Source of the DNA: Candidatus Latescibacterota bacterium
GTDB lineage: Bacteria > Latescibacterota > UBA2968
Length of the DNA: 22,687 nt
NCBI GenBank assembly: GCA_038279365.1
Contig: JAYODI010000091.1
Location: 1 to 22,687 of the forward strand
Reading direction: 5' to 3'
Below are positions 1 to 8,730 of the stretch, piece after piece. The notes beneath the pieces are model-generated. The model saw only the letters and a program-made list of their open reading frames with translations, was not told the origin of the DNA and did not search any database. The number at the start of each line of letters is the position of its first letter. Position 1 is the stretch's first letter. Both the position numbers and the translations under genes were made by a program.

Positions 1-50
1 ATTCAATGGATAAAAACAATATAGTTAATTGTTGTGCAAACCAAAGCAAC

Positions 51-79
51 AAAAAAACCTTTCATCGTGAGATGAGAGG
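51..79 (-). terminator. Intrinsic terminator ending the histidine kinase cluster
   Basis: Minus strand reads CCTCTCATC-TCAC-GATGAAAGG (9-bp stem, one mismatch) then T7 (57-51), downstream of the last kinase. Confidence 0.65.
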
Positions 80-174
80 CTGATGTGTGTTGTGATATTT
101 ATTTTTAATGTGCTTATGCCTTTTCTGTGCCTGCTATATCTTCTGCTTCAATGGTTTTTTTTTTAAAATACCGC

Positions 175-1908
175 CTAAAAAAAAAAACGACTGCCCTTCC
201 CTTCATTGCTTTCCACACCAATTTCTCCCCCCATCAAATCTACCAACTGAGACGAAATGGTTAGACCCAATCCTGTGCCACCAAACTCGCGGGTGGTGGA
301 AGTATCGGCTTGTGAAAACGCATCAAAAATGACTTTTTGTTTGTCTTGCGCAATACCAATACCTGTATCAATGACTTCAAATAGGAGGGTGATAGTGTCG
401 GGTTTGTTTGTGATGGCATTGACATTAAGAGTCACACTGCCTATGTCTGTAAATTTGATGGCGTTGCCTAACAAATTGATCAAGACCTGTGATAACCGAC
501 TGGGGTCTCCCAGGAGCTTGGACGGCACATTGTTGGCAACATTTAGATTGAAATGGAGTGATTTTTCTTTTGCCTGAGGTTCAAAGGCTGTCATACTGCC
601 TTTGAGTACGTCATCTAATAAAAAGAGTGTATGTGTAAGACGCATTTGCCCAGCTTCAATTTTTGAAAAATCAAGAATGTCGTTGATCAGTTCTAAGAGA
701 TGGTATCCACTGTTGATGATGTTTTTGACATAGCGATATTGTTTGTCATTGAGGTCACCAAATGTTCTGTCTTCTAAAACTTCGGAAAAACCAATAATGG
801 CATTGAGTGGGGTACGAATTTCGTGGCTCATATTGGCCAAAAAATCGCTTTTGGTTTTGTTGGCGGCTTCGGCTGCTTCTCGTGCTTTGCTTAAGTGTGT
901 GATGTTGTGTAAAAGCATTAAGCGGCTGAGTATGTTGTGATTGCTGTCGCGCAAAGCGGTCACTCGAATGTCGTATGTTTGCACGCCTAATGGATTGGTG
1001 ATATCAAATTCTTGTTCAAAGTCGTTATTTTGTTTGATTTTTTTAACGAGCGCGGGATAGGGGGTCAATATATCAGACAGCGCCAAACCCACGACTTGTT
1101 TTTCTGTACAATTGAAAATTTGTCGTGCAGAAGGATTCATATCTGCTATTCTATCTTGTTGGTCAAATACCAAAACGCCATCTTCAATGTTTTCGACCAC
1201 CTTATCGCGTGCGATGGGGACAATGTCCATAAAGTGAAAGCGCAAAAAACTCCAAAATGCCGACAGTCCCATAATGATAAATGCAAAAGGTGTTAAATCG
1301 AGATGTGGAAAAGGACTGTGGCCAGATAAATAAATGGCGTTGGCAATCCAAGGTGCCAAAACACCCGTAAGCAGCGTTAGGGCTTGGCCCCGATAGAGTC
1401 GATCTGTGCGAGTTAACAGGCGGATAGACAGCAGACCGCCCCACCCCAAGATGACATAAGAGTATGTTGCATGAACCCAAAAGTAGGCACCAAATTGGGT
1501 GTCTAAAACGCCAAACCCACTTGAGGTGTCTATGCTTATGTGGCTGTAAAGCAGGCCATGAAGGGGGTTTGTCCAAACAACAAGAAGGGTTAATATGGGC
1601 TCGATAAGTAAGTATGACAAATAGGGTGCAGGCCGTCCAAGAAAACGCAACATGAATGCCACCCAAAAACCAGGTACGCCCACAATGCCGATATAGGCCA
1701 CATTGGACCAAAATATTTTGGTCGAAATATCAACGCTGGCCATTTCTAAAGCATAAGCCAATGCCCATACGGTTGTTGACAGCATAATGCCTACAAACCA
1801 CCGCATATCTGTGTTGTGGCGGCGATACCACGTGTAGATAGCTGTGCCTAAGGCGGCAAATGCCGATAATGCAAGCGGGATGGTATAGGGTGTGTATTGC
1901 CAAGTCAC
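175..1908 (-). CDS. Sensor histidine kinase, HisKA_7TM + PAS + HisKA + HATPase_c, no receiver domain
   Basis: Hydrophobic N-terminus with WTNPLH and DLTPFAF motifs; PAS-like segment; H-box [11 protein letters not shown]-box [16 protein letters not shown] and GGTGLGL G-boxes. GTG start. The stop follows a T11 run (see findings). Confidence 0.92.
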   Translation of the reverse strand: MTWQYTPYTIPLALSAFAALGTAIYTWYRRHNTDMRWFVGIMLSTTVWALAYALEMASVDISTKIFWSNVAYIGIVGVPGFWVAFMLRFLGRPAPYLSYLLIEPILTLLVVWTNPLHGLLYSHISIDTSSGFGVLDTQFGAYFWVHATYSYVILGWGGLLSIRLLTRTDRLYRGQALTLLTGVLAPWIANAIYLSGHSPFPHLDLTPFAFIIMGLSAFWSFLRFHFMDIVPIARDKVVENIEDGVLVFDQQDRIADMNPSARQIFNCTEKQVVGLALSDILTPYPALVKKIKQNNDFEQEFDITNPLGVQTYDIRVTALRDSNHNILSRLMLLHNITHLSKAREAAEAANKTKSDFLANMSHEIRTPLNAIIGFSEVLEDRTFGDLNDKQYRYVKNIINSGYHLLELINDILDFSKIEAGQMRLTHTLFLLDDVLKGSMTAFEPQAKEKSLHFNLNVANNVPSKLLGDPSRLSQVLINLLGNAIKFTDIGSVTLNVNAITNKPDTITLLFEVIDTGIGIAQDKQKVIFDAFSQADTSTTREFGGTGLGLTISSQLVDLMGGEIGVESNEGKGSRFFF

Positions 1909-1918
1909 GTTTTTTGTC

Positions 1919-4117
1919 TCATTGATTTTCTAATGCTTTGTTGATGATGTCTACCAGTTGCCCTGGTGTATAGGGTTTGGATAAATAATCATCCATTCCA
2001 GCCGTTAAAAAACGCTCGCGATCACCCGTCATGGCATGGGCTGTTAAAGCGATGATGGGGATGTGGTGATCCGTTGCCCGTTCTTTTGACCGTATGATTT
2101 GTGCGGCCTCAAAACCATCCATTTTGGGCATTTGCCCATCCATGAGTATCAAATCGAAGGTTTGTTTTTCAAATGCTTCTACAGCTTCTTGTCCGTTTTC
2201 GACTGTGGTGACCTTACAGTCTAACTTTTTTAAGATGCCTTGTGCAAAAATTTGATTCATTGGATTGTCCTCAACAAGTAAAATATGCAATTGAGGTCTG
2301 ATAAGGTTGAGGCCCTGTTTTTGTGTTTGTTGTATGTCTGAAGATGGTTTGCCTCTTTTTTCTAAAACAACCGTAAAATGAAAACAACTGCCTTGATTGA
2401 GTTCGCTTTCGACCCACATGCGTCCACCCATCATTTCGACCAAACGAACCGCAATGGCCAACCCCAACCCTGTGCCACCATATTGGCGTGTCATAGATGA
2501 ATCGGCTTGAGAAAAAGCTTCAAAAATAACACCTTGTTTGTCTTTGGATATGCCAATGCCTGTGTCGGTTACGGCAATGTGTAAATTCACGGTTTTTTCT
2601 GTTTGATCGATCAAATCGATCAAAACAGATACGTATCCCGATTCGGTAAATTTGATGGCATTGCCCACCAAGTTGATGATGATTTGATTGAGTCGATCAG
2701 GATCACCTAACAAAATGCGTGGCACTTCGGGTGTAATATCCCATTTGAACCGCAATGATTTTTTGTCGGCCAGTGCCGCCAATGGGTTGAGTGCAACACC
2801 CAACATTTCTTCTAAGGCAAAGGGCGTTGGATCCAATTGCAATTTACCCGCTTCAATGCGAGAAAAGTCTAAGACATCGTTGATAATGGTGAGCAACAGA
2901 TCTGCCGATTTGCGCACAGTTTTGAGATACCCTTTTTGTTCATCATCCAGTTTTGTATCTAAGAGCAACTCTGACATGCCCAAAATACCGTTCATTGGGG
3001 TGCGAATTTCGTGGCTCATATTGGCCAAAAACTCACTTTTGGCCTTGTTGGCGGCTTCAGCCATTTCTTTTGATGCGCGCAGATCACGTTCAACTTCTTT
3101 GAGCCACGTAATGTCGTGAATAAGCAATACACGACAGCGTAACCGACCCAACTTGTCGTGGAGAGAAGAGATGCGCAATTCATAAACCAATGGTATGGGA
3201 TCGTTGTCGATAACAATTTCTTCATGGGCATTTTCAACATTGGAAAAGCGCGCGACCAACTCTGGAAAGTTGGAGAATACATCGGTGGCATATTGGCCAA
3301 TAAGGTTTGCATTGGGTTTGTTCATCAAACGCAAGGTGCCTGGGTTGTAATCGATGATGCGGTTTTCGGAATCAAAAACAATAATGCCATCTTCCATGCC
3401 ATCAATGACGGTATCGCGTGCGATGGGCACCACCGTAAGCAATTGGAAGCGGAATGCACCCCAAAAGACAACCAATCCCATAATAATAAATGCAAAAGGT
3501 GTCAGATCTAAATGTGGAAAGGGGTTGAAGCCAAACAGATACATGATGTTGGCGCCCCAAGGAGAGAGCAAGCCCAATAAGATGGCAATGGTTTGACTGC
3601 GATAAAGTTGTGGCACGCGAATAAGGCGGCGAACCAAAAGGACGGACCCCCAAACCAACAACACATAAGAATAGGCTGTGTGAATCCAAAAAAAGGATCC
3701 GTGTTCAACAAGAAGGATATCAAAATTGACCAGTGTTTCAATGTAGCGACGATGGTGTAACAACCCATGCCAGGGGTTTGTCCAGGCCATAAAAATGGTG
3801 AGCAGAGGTTCAATCAATAACCATTTCCAAGGAAAGCCTTGTTCACCCGAATACTGTTTGGTAAAAACGAGCCAAAAAGCAGGTACGCCTGTGATGCCGA
3901 TGTACATCAAATTGGTCCAAAAAACTTTGGGCGGCAATGCAATGAGAGATAATTCTAAGGTGTAACACAAAGTCCAAAAGGCCATGCTCATCATGAGTCC
4001 GGCAAATGGCCCTGCGCCGTTTGTGTCTCGATGTCGCCAAGCATATATGCTGAGGGCAAATGCAAGGAGTGCAGCACAAATGAGGGGCAGTGTATAAGGA
4101 GTGTATTGCAATGTCAT
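1919..4117 (-). CDS. Hybrid sensor histidine kinase, HisKA_7TM + PAS + HisKA + HATPase_c + receiver
   Basis: Same 7TM motifs (WTNPWH, DLTPFAF); [28 protein letters not shown]-terminal receiver with LLVEDN, LILMDGQMP, ALTA, SKP. Confidence 0.95.
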   Translation of the reverse strand: MTLQYTPYTLPLICAALLAFALSIYAWRHRDTNGAGPFAGLMMSMAFWTLCYTLELSLIALPPKVFWTNLMYIGITGVPAFWLVFTKQYSGEQGFPWKWLLIEPLLTIFMAWTNPWHGLLHHRRYIETLVNFDILLVEHGSFFWIHTAYSYVLLVWGSVLLVRRLIRVPQLYRSQTIAILLGLLSPWGANIMYLFGFNPFPHLDLTPFAFIIMGLVVFWGAFRFQLLTVVPIARDTVIDGMEDGIIVFDSENRIIDYNPGTLRLMNKPNANLIGQYATDVFSNFPELVARFSNVENAHEEIVIDNDPIPLVYELRISSLHDKLGRLRCRVLLIHDITWLKEVERDLRASKEMAEAANKAKSEFLANMSHEIRTPMNGILGMSELLLDTKLDDEQKGYLKTVRKSADLLLTIINDVLDFSRIEAGKLQLDPTPFALEEMLGVALNPLAALADKKSLRFKWDITPEVPRILLGDPDRLNQIIINLVGNAIKFTESGYVSVLIDLIDQTEKTVNLHIAVTDTGIGISKDKQGVIFEAFSQADSSMTRQYGGTGLGLAIAVRLVEMMGGRMWVESELNQGSCFHFTVVLEKRGKPSSDIQQTQKQGLNLIRPQLHILLVEDNPMNQIFAQGILKKLDCKVTTVENGQEAVEAFEKQTFDLILMDGQMPKMDGFEAAQIIRSKERATDHHIPIIALTAHAMTGDRERFLTAGMDDYLSKPYTPGQLVDIINKALENQ
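2991..3129. repeat. Near-identical 139-bp segment shared with 5230-5368 (copy 1)
   Basis: Manual alignment gives 3 mismatches in 139 bp, with 68 consecutive identical bases at 3045-3112. Confidence 0.85.
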
Positions 4118-4169
4118 AAGCGGCTCAATTAAAATAAACTAAAGAAGGATGTGTTTTTTGATTGTTATT

Positions 4170-6186
4170 TCAGGTTTTGAGTATGCGATTAATGGTATCT
4201 ATCAACTGCCCTGGTGTAAAGGGTTTGCTTAAATAATCATCCATGCCAGCATCTAAAAAGCGCTTACGGTCATCTGACAAAGCATGTGCTGTTAGGGCAA
4301 TAATGGGTGTGTGTTTGTTATGTATGGCTTCGTGTTTACGAATGATTTGGGTGGCTTCAAAACCGTCCATAACAGGCATTTGACCGTCCATTAAAATGAG
4401 GTCAAAGGTGTTTTTTTTGCAATGGGAAACAGCTTCTTGGCCATTTTTAGCAACAATAACCCGACACCCTAATTTTTCTAAGATTTGTTGGGTAAATAAT
4501 TGGTTTGTGGGGTTGTCTTCAACTGTGAGAATATGTAAATCGGTGTGTGCCAAAGTCAACTGTTTTTGAGTATCTGTGTCGGATGTGGCATTTGCCTTTT
4601 TGAATGTTGCTGTAAAAGAGAATTGACTGCCGTGACCCACATCACTGGTAACCCAAATTTTGCCTCCCATCAATTCGACCAAGCGGGCAGAAATGGTCAA
4701 TCCCAATCCTGTGCCACCATATTGTCTTGTGGTAGAAGCATCGGCTTGAGAAAATGCTTCAAAAATGGCCATCTGTTTTTCTTGTGGTATACCGATGCCT
4801 GTGTCTCTGACATCCATTTGCAAGGTGATTTCATCGGACGATTGGTGCTGTGTTTTTACGTTGATGGTTATCTGCCCCGATGGCGTAAACTTAATGGCAT
4901 TGCCCACCAAGTTGGTGACAATTTGTGTAAAACGATCCGAATCCCCTTTTATGTGATTGGGAATATCGGGTGCCACGTGCCACTGAAATTGGAGGTTTGC
5001 TTGCTGTGCTTGAAGTGCGAGTGGCTTTAAGATGGTGTCTAAGGTTTCTCGTATGGCAAATGTGTGGTGATACAATTCTAATTTGCCTGCTTCAATACGC
5101 GAGAAGTCTAAAACATCGTTAATGACATTGAGAAGTACGTGAGCTGATTTTTGTACGGTATTCAAATAATCTTTTTGTTGGTTTTCCAATGCAGTGTCTA
5201 AAAGCAATTCGGTCATGCCCATAATGCCATTCATTGGGGTGCGAATTTCGTGGCTCATATTGGCCAAAAATTCACTTTTGGCTTTGTTGGCGGCTTCAGC
5301 CATTTCTTTTGATGCGCGCAGATCACGTTCAACTTCTTTGAGCCACGTAATATCGTGAATAAGCAATATACGGCAACGCAACCGACCCAATCGGTCATAA
5401 AGAGATGAAATACGCACCTCATAGACCAAGGGCAAGACACCGTTTTCTAAGACAATTTCTTCGTGTGCCTGTTCTAAAAAAGGATCGGTAATTTTTGTGA
5501 CAATATCGGGAAATTTTGAAAAAACATCGGAGGCATATTGCCCCAACAATTTTTCATTGGGTTTGTTCAAAAGATGTTTTGCACCTGCGTTGTGGTCTAT
5601 AACGCGGTTTTCAATGTCAAAAACCACAATGCCATTTTCCATGCCCTCAATGACGGTGTCGCGCGCAATGGGTACAATGTTTAAAAGCTGAAAACGAAAC
5701 AGTCCCCAATACACAGCTGCCCCCATGATAATAAATGCAAAGGGTGTGATGTCTAAGTAGGGGAAAGGGCTTAATCCTGAAAGGTAAATGGCATTGGCTG
5801 TCCAAGGGGCAAGGACACCAAAGAGCAATATGCCACCTTGTTTGCGGTAAACGTGTCGTGTGCGCAGTACCATGCGCCACAAAACAACCGATCCACAAAA
5901 TAACAACAGATATGAATATAAAGCATGAACCCAAAAATAAGGGCCCAATGTAACGGTGATGACCGAAAATGAGTGAGATGTTTGCCTAAAAAATTTGAGC
6001 AGACTCGGTTGTCATAGACAAGGATAAAGCATAGGTTATCGGCCAGCCTACAAAACAGTGCATGAGTGCAGCAAATGTTTTGGCACCCGGTGTTTCTTGT
6101 TGGCGATAGGCATAAAAAAACAACCCAGTAGCCAATGCTGCTGATAACAAAAGCGGGATTGTATAGGGGGTATATTGCCAAATCAC
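4170..6186 (-). pseudogene. Disrupted hybrid HisKA_7TM histidine kinase (N-terminal fragment 5986-6186; intact 3' frame 4170-5981)
   Basis: The 6186 GTG frame [12 protein letters not shown] matches both paralog N-termini and stops at TAG where they have Trp (QIF*AN vs KIFWSN/KVFWTN). The downstream frame resumes as TSHSFSVITVTLGPYFWVH. About 58 codons present in the paralogs are absent. PAS, kinase and receiver motifs are intact. Confidence 0.85.
5230..5368. repeat. Near-identical 139-bp segment shared with 2991-3129 (copy 2)
   Basis: See copy 1. It encodes [45 protein letters not shown] in both genes. Confidence 0.85.
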
Positions 6187-6260
6187 GGTTGTACCACTTA
6201 ATTCAGGAGATCAGAAAATCTATTCATTATATGGCAATATAATATATCTGCTATGTTAGC

Positions 6261-6303
6261 AAAAAGAAACCCCTCTTTTTATAACAGAAGAGGGGTTTCT
6301 TTT
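6261..6303 (-). terminator. Intrinsic terminator (potentially bidirectional) after the heparinase-family gene
   Basis: Perfect 16-bp inverted repeat AAAAGAAACCCCTCTT (6262-6277) / AAGAGGGGTTTCTTTT (6288-6303), about 15 nt past the stop at 6318, ending in a T tract on each strand. Confidence 0.85.
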
Positions 6304-6317
6304 GATCTGGTTAGATG

Positions 6318-8264
6318 TTATTCAACGGAGGGTTTTCCGCTTTGCAGAGGCACTTGAACAATGGTGTCATCTATTTTTACGGTTGCCCCTTCATCGTTCA
6401 TGGTAAAGATGCCCGTTTTGATATTGGGAATGATCCCCTTTCCTGGTGTGATGACCCAAGCAAAGGTGGCATTTTTTTCAATGTGGGTTTTAAATATGGC
6501 ACATGAAGCGGCTTGTTTGTGATTGTATTCTCGGCTATACCAGCCTTGAATAAAAGGTTCTTCTTGGCCTTTGATGATTTCGATGTGCCACTTTGAAAGA
6601 CTAATGGGTGTGATGCGTACATTGCCTTTGTCGGCATCCGTTGAGGTGACCGTGTTACCTTGGATATCGACCGTGCAATGAGGATGAAAATGCCATAACC
6701 CCTGAATGTCGCGGGGTCGGTCGGTGGTGATGTGATCGACCACCACCCAAAATTTATTGCGCACATACACCACTGTACGGGTGTGTGTGGCACTGCCTTC
6801 GATGTTGGTATATCCTGCTGTAAACTCTCCGCGCGCAAAGTCGAGGGTGTCTGTGATTTCGTAAACGTCGTCACCCAGCGGTTCGGTCACTTCTTTGATG
6901 TCATTGTTTTGATTGGCCCCATCAATGATCAGTGTGTTGTGTGCGGCGGTGCTTTTAATAAAATCTCTCCACTTGTCTCCCTTGTAATACAACCGCCCTG
7001 CATCAACCAAAATGTCTCGCCCAAATGCGGCAACAGAGAGATGCAACTTGTCGTTGTGTTGATGTCCTATGCCCCAAGGGCCTACATCAAAAACGCCCCA
7101 ATGTGCTTGGGCATCCCACCCACTTCGCATGATGAGTTGCCCTGCCCACGGAAACATGATGGAGGGCAAGCCCGTTGGTTTTTCGCCTTCTTGGCCATTG
7201 GATGCGATATAGGCCCAGTCGGGTCTTTTGTAGCGCGGTGCAGCATGTAACAGGCGTGGGCGATTAAAGTCTAAGTTGGAGTCGTTGTTTAACACACCAT
7301 GCCCATCGGGGCGCATGGAATAGGCCCAATAGTTCCACATGTTTTCCAACCCTTCATACCACATGGGAGGCACATCGCGCCCAGCATTTTCAAAAAGATC
7401 GGCATAACGCTGAAAGGAAAACAAGCTGGCTCCGTGATAATGGCTGGCCAATTCTTTTTGTGGGCCATCGGGGTAAATTTGTTTTTCCATTTCGGGCATG
7501 AGGGTATTGGTTGCATAGTCTAACCATTCGTTGGCATGTTTGTATTCGGGCCATTGCAGTGCGCCATTGGCCAAGGCACACATTTGCATGGCCAACCAGT
7601 TGCCACCTTCGTTGTGATAATTTTGTGTGTAGTGTGCATGGTCGGGTATGCTTGAAAGAATAAGAATGCGCGTGGCAGGTGTGAGGGCATCATTTTCTGC
7701 TAAAGCATAAAACAGATGCGCCCAAACGTTTATGCGCCCCATGGTTTCTAAACCTCGCCAACGTGGGTCTCCTGTCTTTTCGCCAGGATACGGGTTGACT
7801 TGTACCCACTCATAAATGTGGTCATTGATGCGTGCCACGTACGCTGGATTACCCGTTTTTTGATAGGCGCTCAACAGCGTGTGAAGATGGCCGTGGCGGT
7901 TTAAGAAGTAAGCCCATTCACGATCGTCATTGGGGCCACGGTGTGTCCAGTCTAACGATCCATCGGTTTGTCGAGGCACTGTGCCTGTCACATCTTGAAA
8001 GGTAAAGGTGTCTTGTAAGATTTGTTCTGCAACGGGATCGGTTTCATTGCTGGGTTGAACAGGTTTTATCATCTGTGCATTTGTATTGGCTTTTTCTTTG
8101 TAATAGTCGATTAAAATATGACAGGCTTTGATTTTGTCACCCGCTTCATAAGCGGTTTTCACCTGCTCTAAACCTTTGTGATCTAAGTTTAAGGCATTGA
8201 ACATGCGCTCTACACGCTCTGTATGTGTTTCACATACCCATTCAACACTGGTTGCATCTGACAT
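6318..8264 (-). CDS. Heparinase II/III-family polysaccharide lyase
   Basis: 648 aa; EWAYFLNRH, GNWLAM, YPDGPQKELASHYH, MRSGW, GHQHNDKLH, DAGRLYY and TAAHNT motifs are typical of this family. No signal peptide seen. Confidence 0.88.
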   Translation of the reverse strand: MSDATSVEWVCETHTERVERMFNALNLDHKGLEQVKTAYEAGDKIKACHILIDYYKEKANTNAQMIKPVQPSNETDPVAEQILQDTFTFQDVTGTVPRQTDGSLDWTHRGPNDDREWAYFLNRHGHLHTLLSAYQKTGNPAYVARINDHIYEWVQVNPYPGEKTGDPRWRGLETMGRINVWAHLFYALAENDALTPATRILILSSIPDHAHYTQNYHNEGGNWLAMQMCALANGALQWPEYKHANEWLDYATNTLMPEMEKQIYPDGPQKELASHYHGASLFSFQRYADLFENAGRDVPPMWYEGLENMWNYWAYSMRPDGHGVLNNDSNLDFNRPRLLHAAPRYKRPDWAYIASNGQEGEKPTGLPSIMFPWAGQLIMRSGWDAQAHWGVFDVGPWGIGHQHNDKLHLSVAAFGRDILVDAGRLYYKGDKWRDFIKSTAAHNTLIIDGANQNNDIKEVTEPLGDDVYEITDTLDFARGEFTAGYTNIEGSATHTRTVVYVRNKFWVVVDHITTDRPRDIQGLWHFHPHCTVDIQGNTVTSTDADKGNVRITPISLSKWHIEIIKGQEEPFIQGWYSREYNHKQAASCAIFKTHIEKNATFAWVITPGKGIIPNIKTGIFTMNDEGATVKIDDTIVQVPLQSGKPSVE

Positions 8265-8279
8265 GTTGGTTACGACCTT

Positions 8280-8723
8280 TCATTTTTTAAAAAGCTGTTT
8301 GATGTTTTCCATTCGTTTGCGATTGACACCCAAGTCTGAGTGCCCCAATCGCGCAGCGGCTCGAAAGTGAATTTTATTGTCTGTAAATTGGAACTCGACA
8401 TCATCGGGAAAGCCAAAAAACGCAGAACGGAAAACAATGTGGATATATTCGGGTTCACTTTGTATAAGGGTTGTGCGTGGCATTTGGTTTAAGATGTGCA
8501 AGAGTTTTGTGTGTGCTTCTTCACGATCTGTGGCATAATGGATCGGTTCCATGCGTTGTGTGGTGTCTCCACTTTGTGTGGCCACACAATTGGGCAAGTT
8601 GGGCAAAGGCAAGAGTTTGTCATTATGGATGCCTAATTCGGGGCGCGAAGCCGTTCTTGCCCACATGATGCCGATGATGATGATTAATAAAACAACACCT
8701 GCTAAAACCCATAAGGCTTTCAT
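8280..8723 (-). CDS. DUF1499 family protein with N-terminal membrane anchor
   Basis: PNCVATQ, RSAFFGFPDDVEF and RLGHSDLGVNRKR motifs; hydrophobic N-terminal helix; GAGGA RBS. Confidence 0.9.
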   Translation of the reverse strand: MKALWVLAGVVLLIIIIGIMWARTASRPELGIHNDKLLPLPNLPNCVATQSGDTTQRMEPIHYATDREEAHTKLLHILNQMPRTTLIQSEPEYIHIVFRSAFFGFPDDVEFQFTDNKIHFRAAARLGHSDLGVNRKRMENIKQLFKK

Positions 8724-8730
8724 GTTGTCC

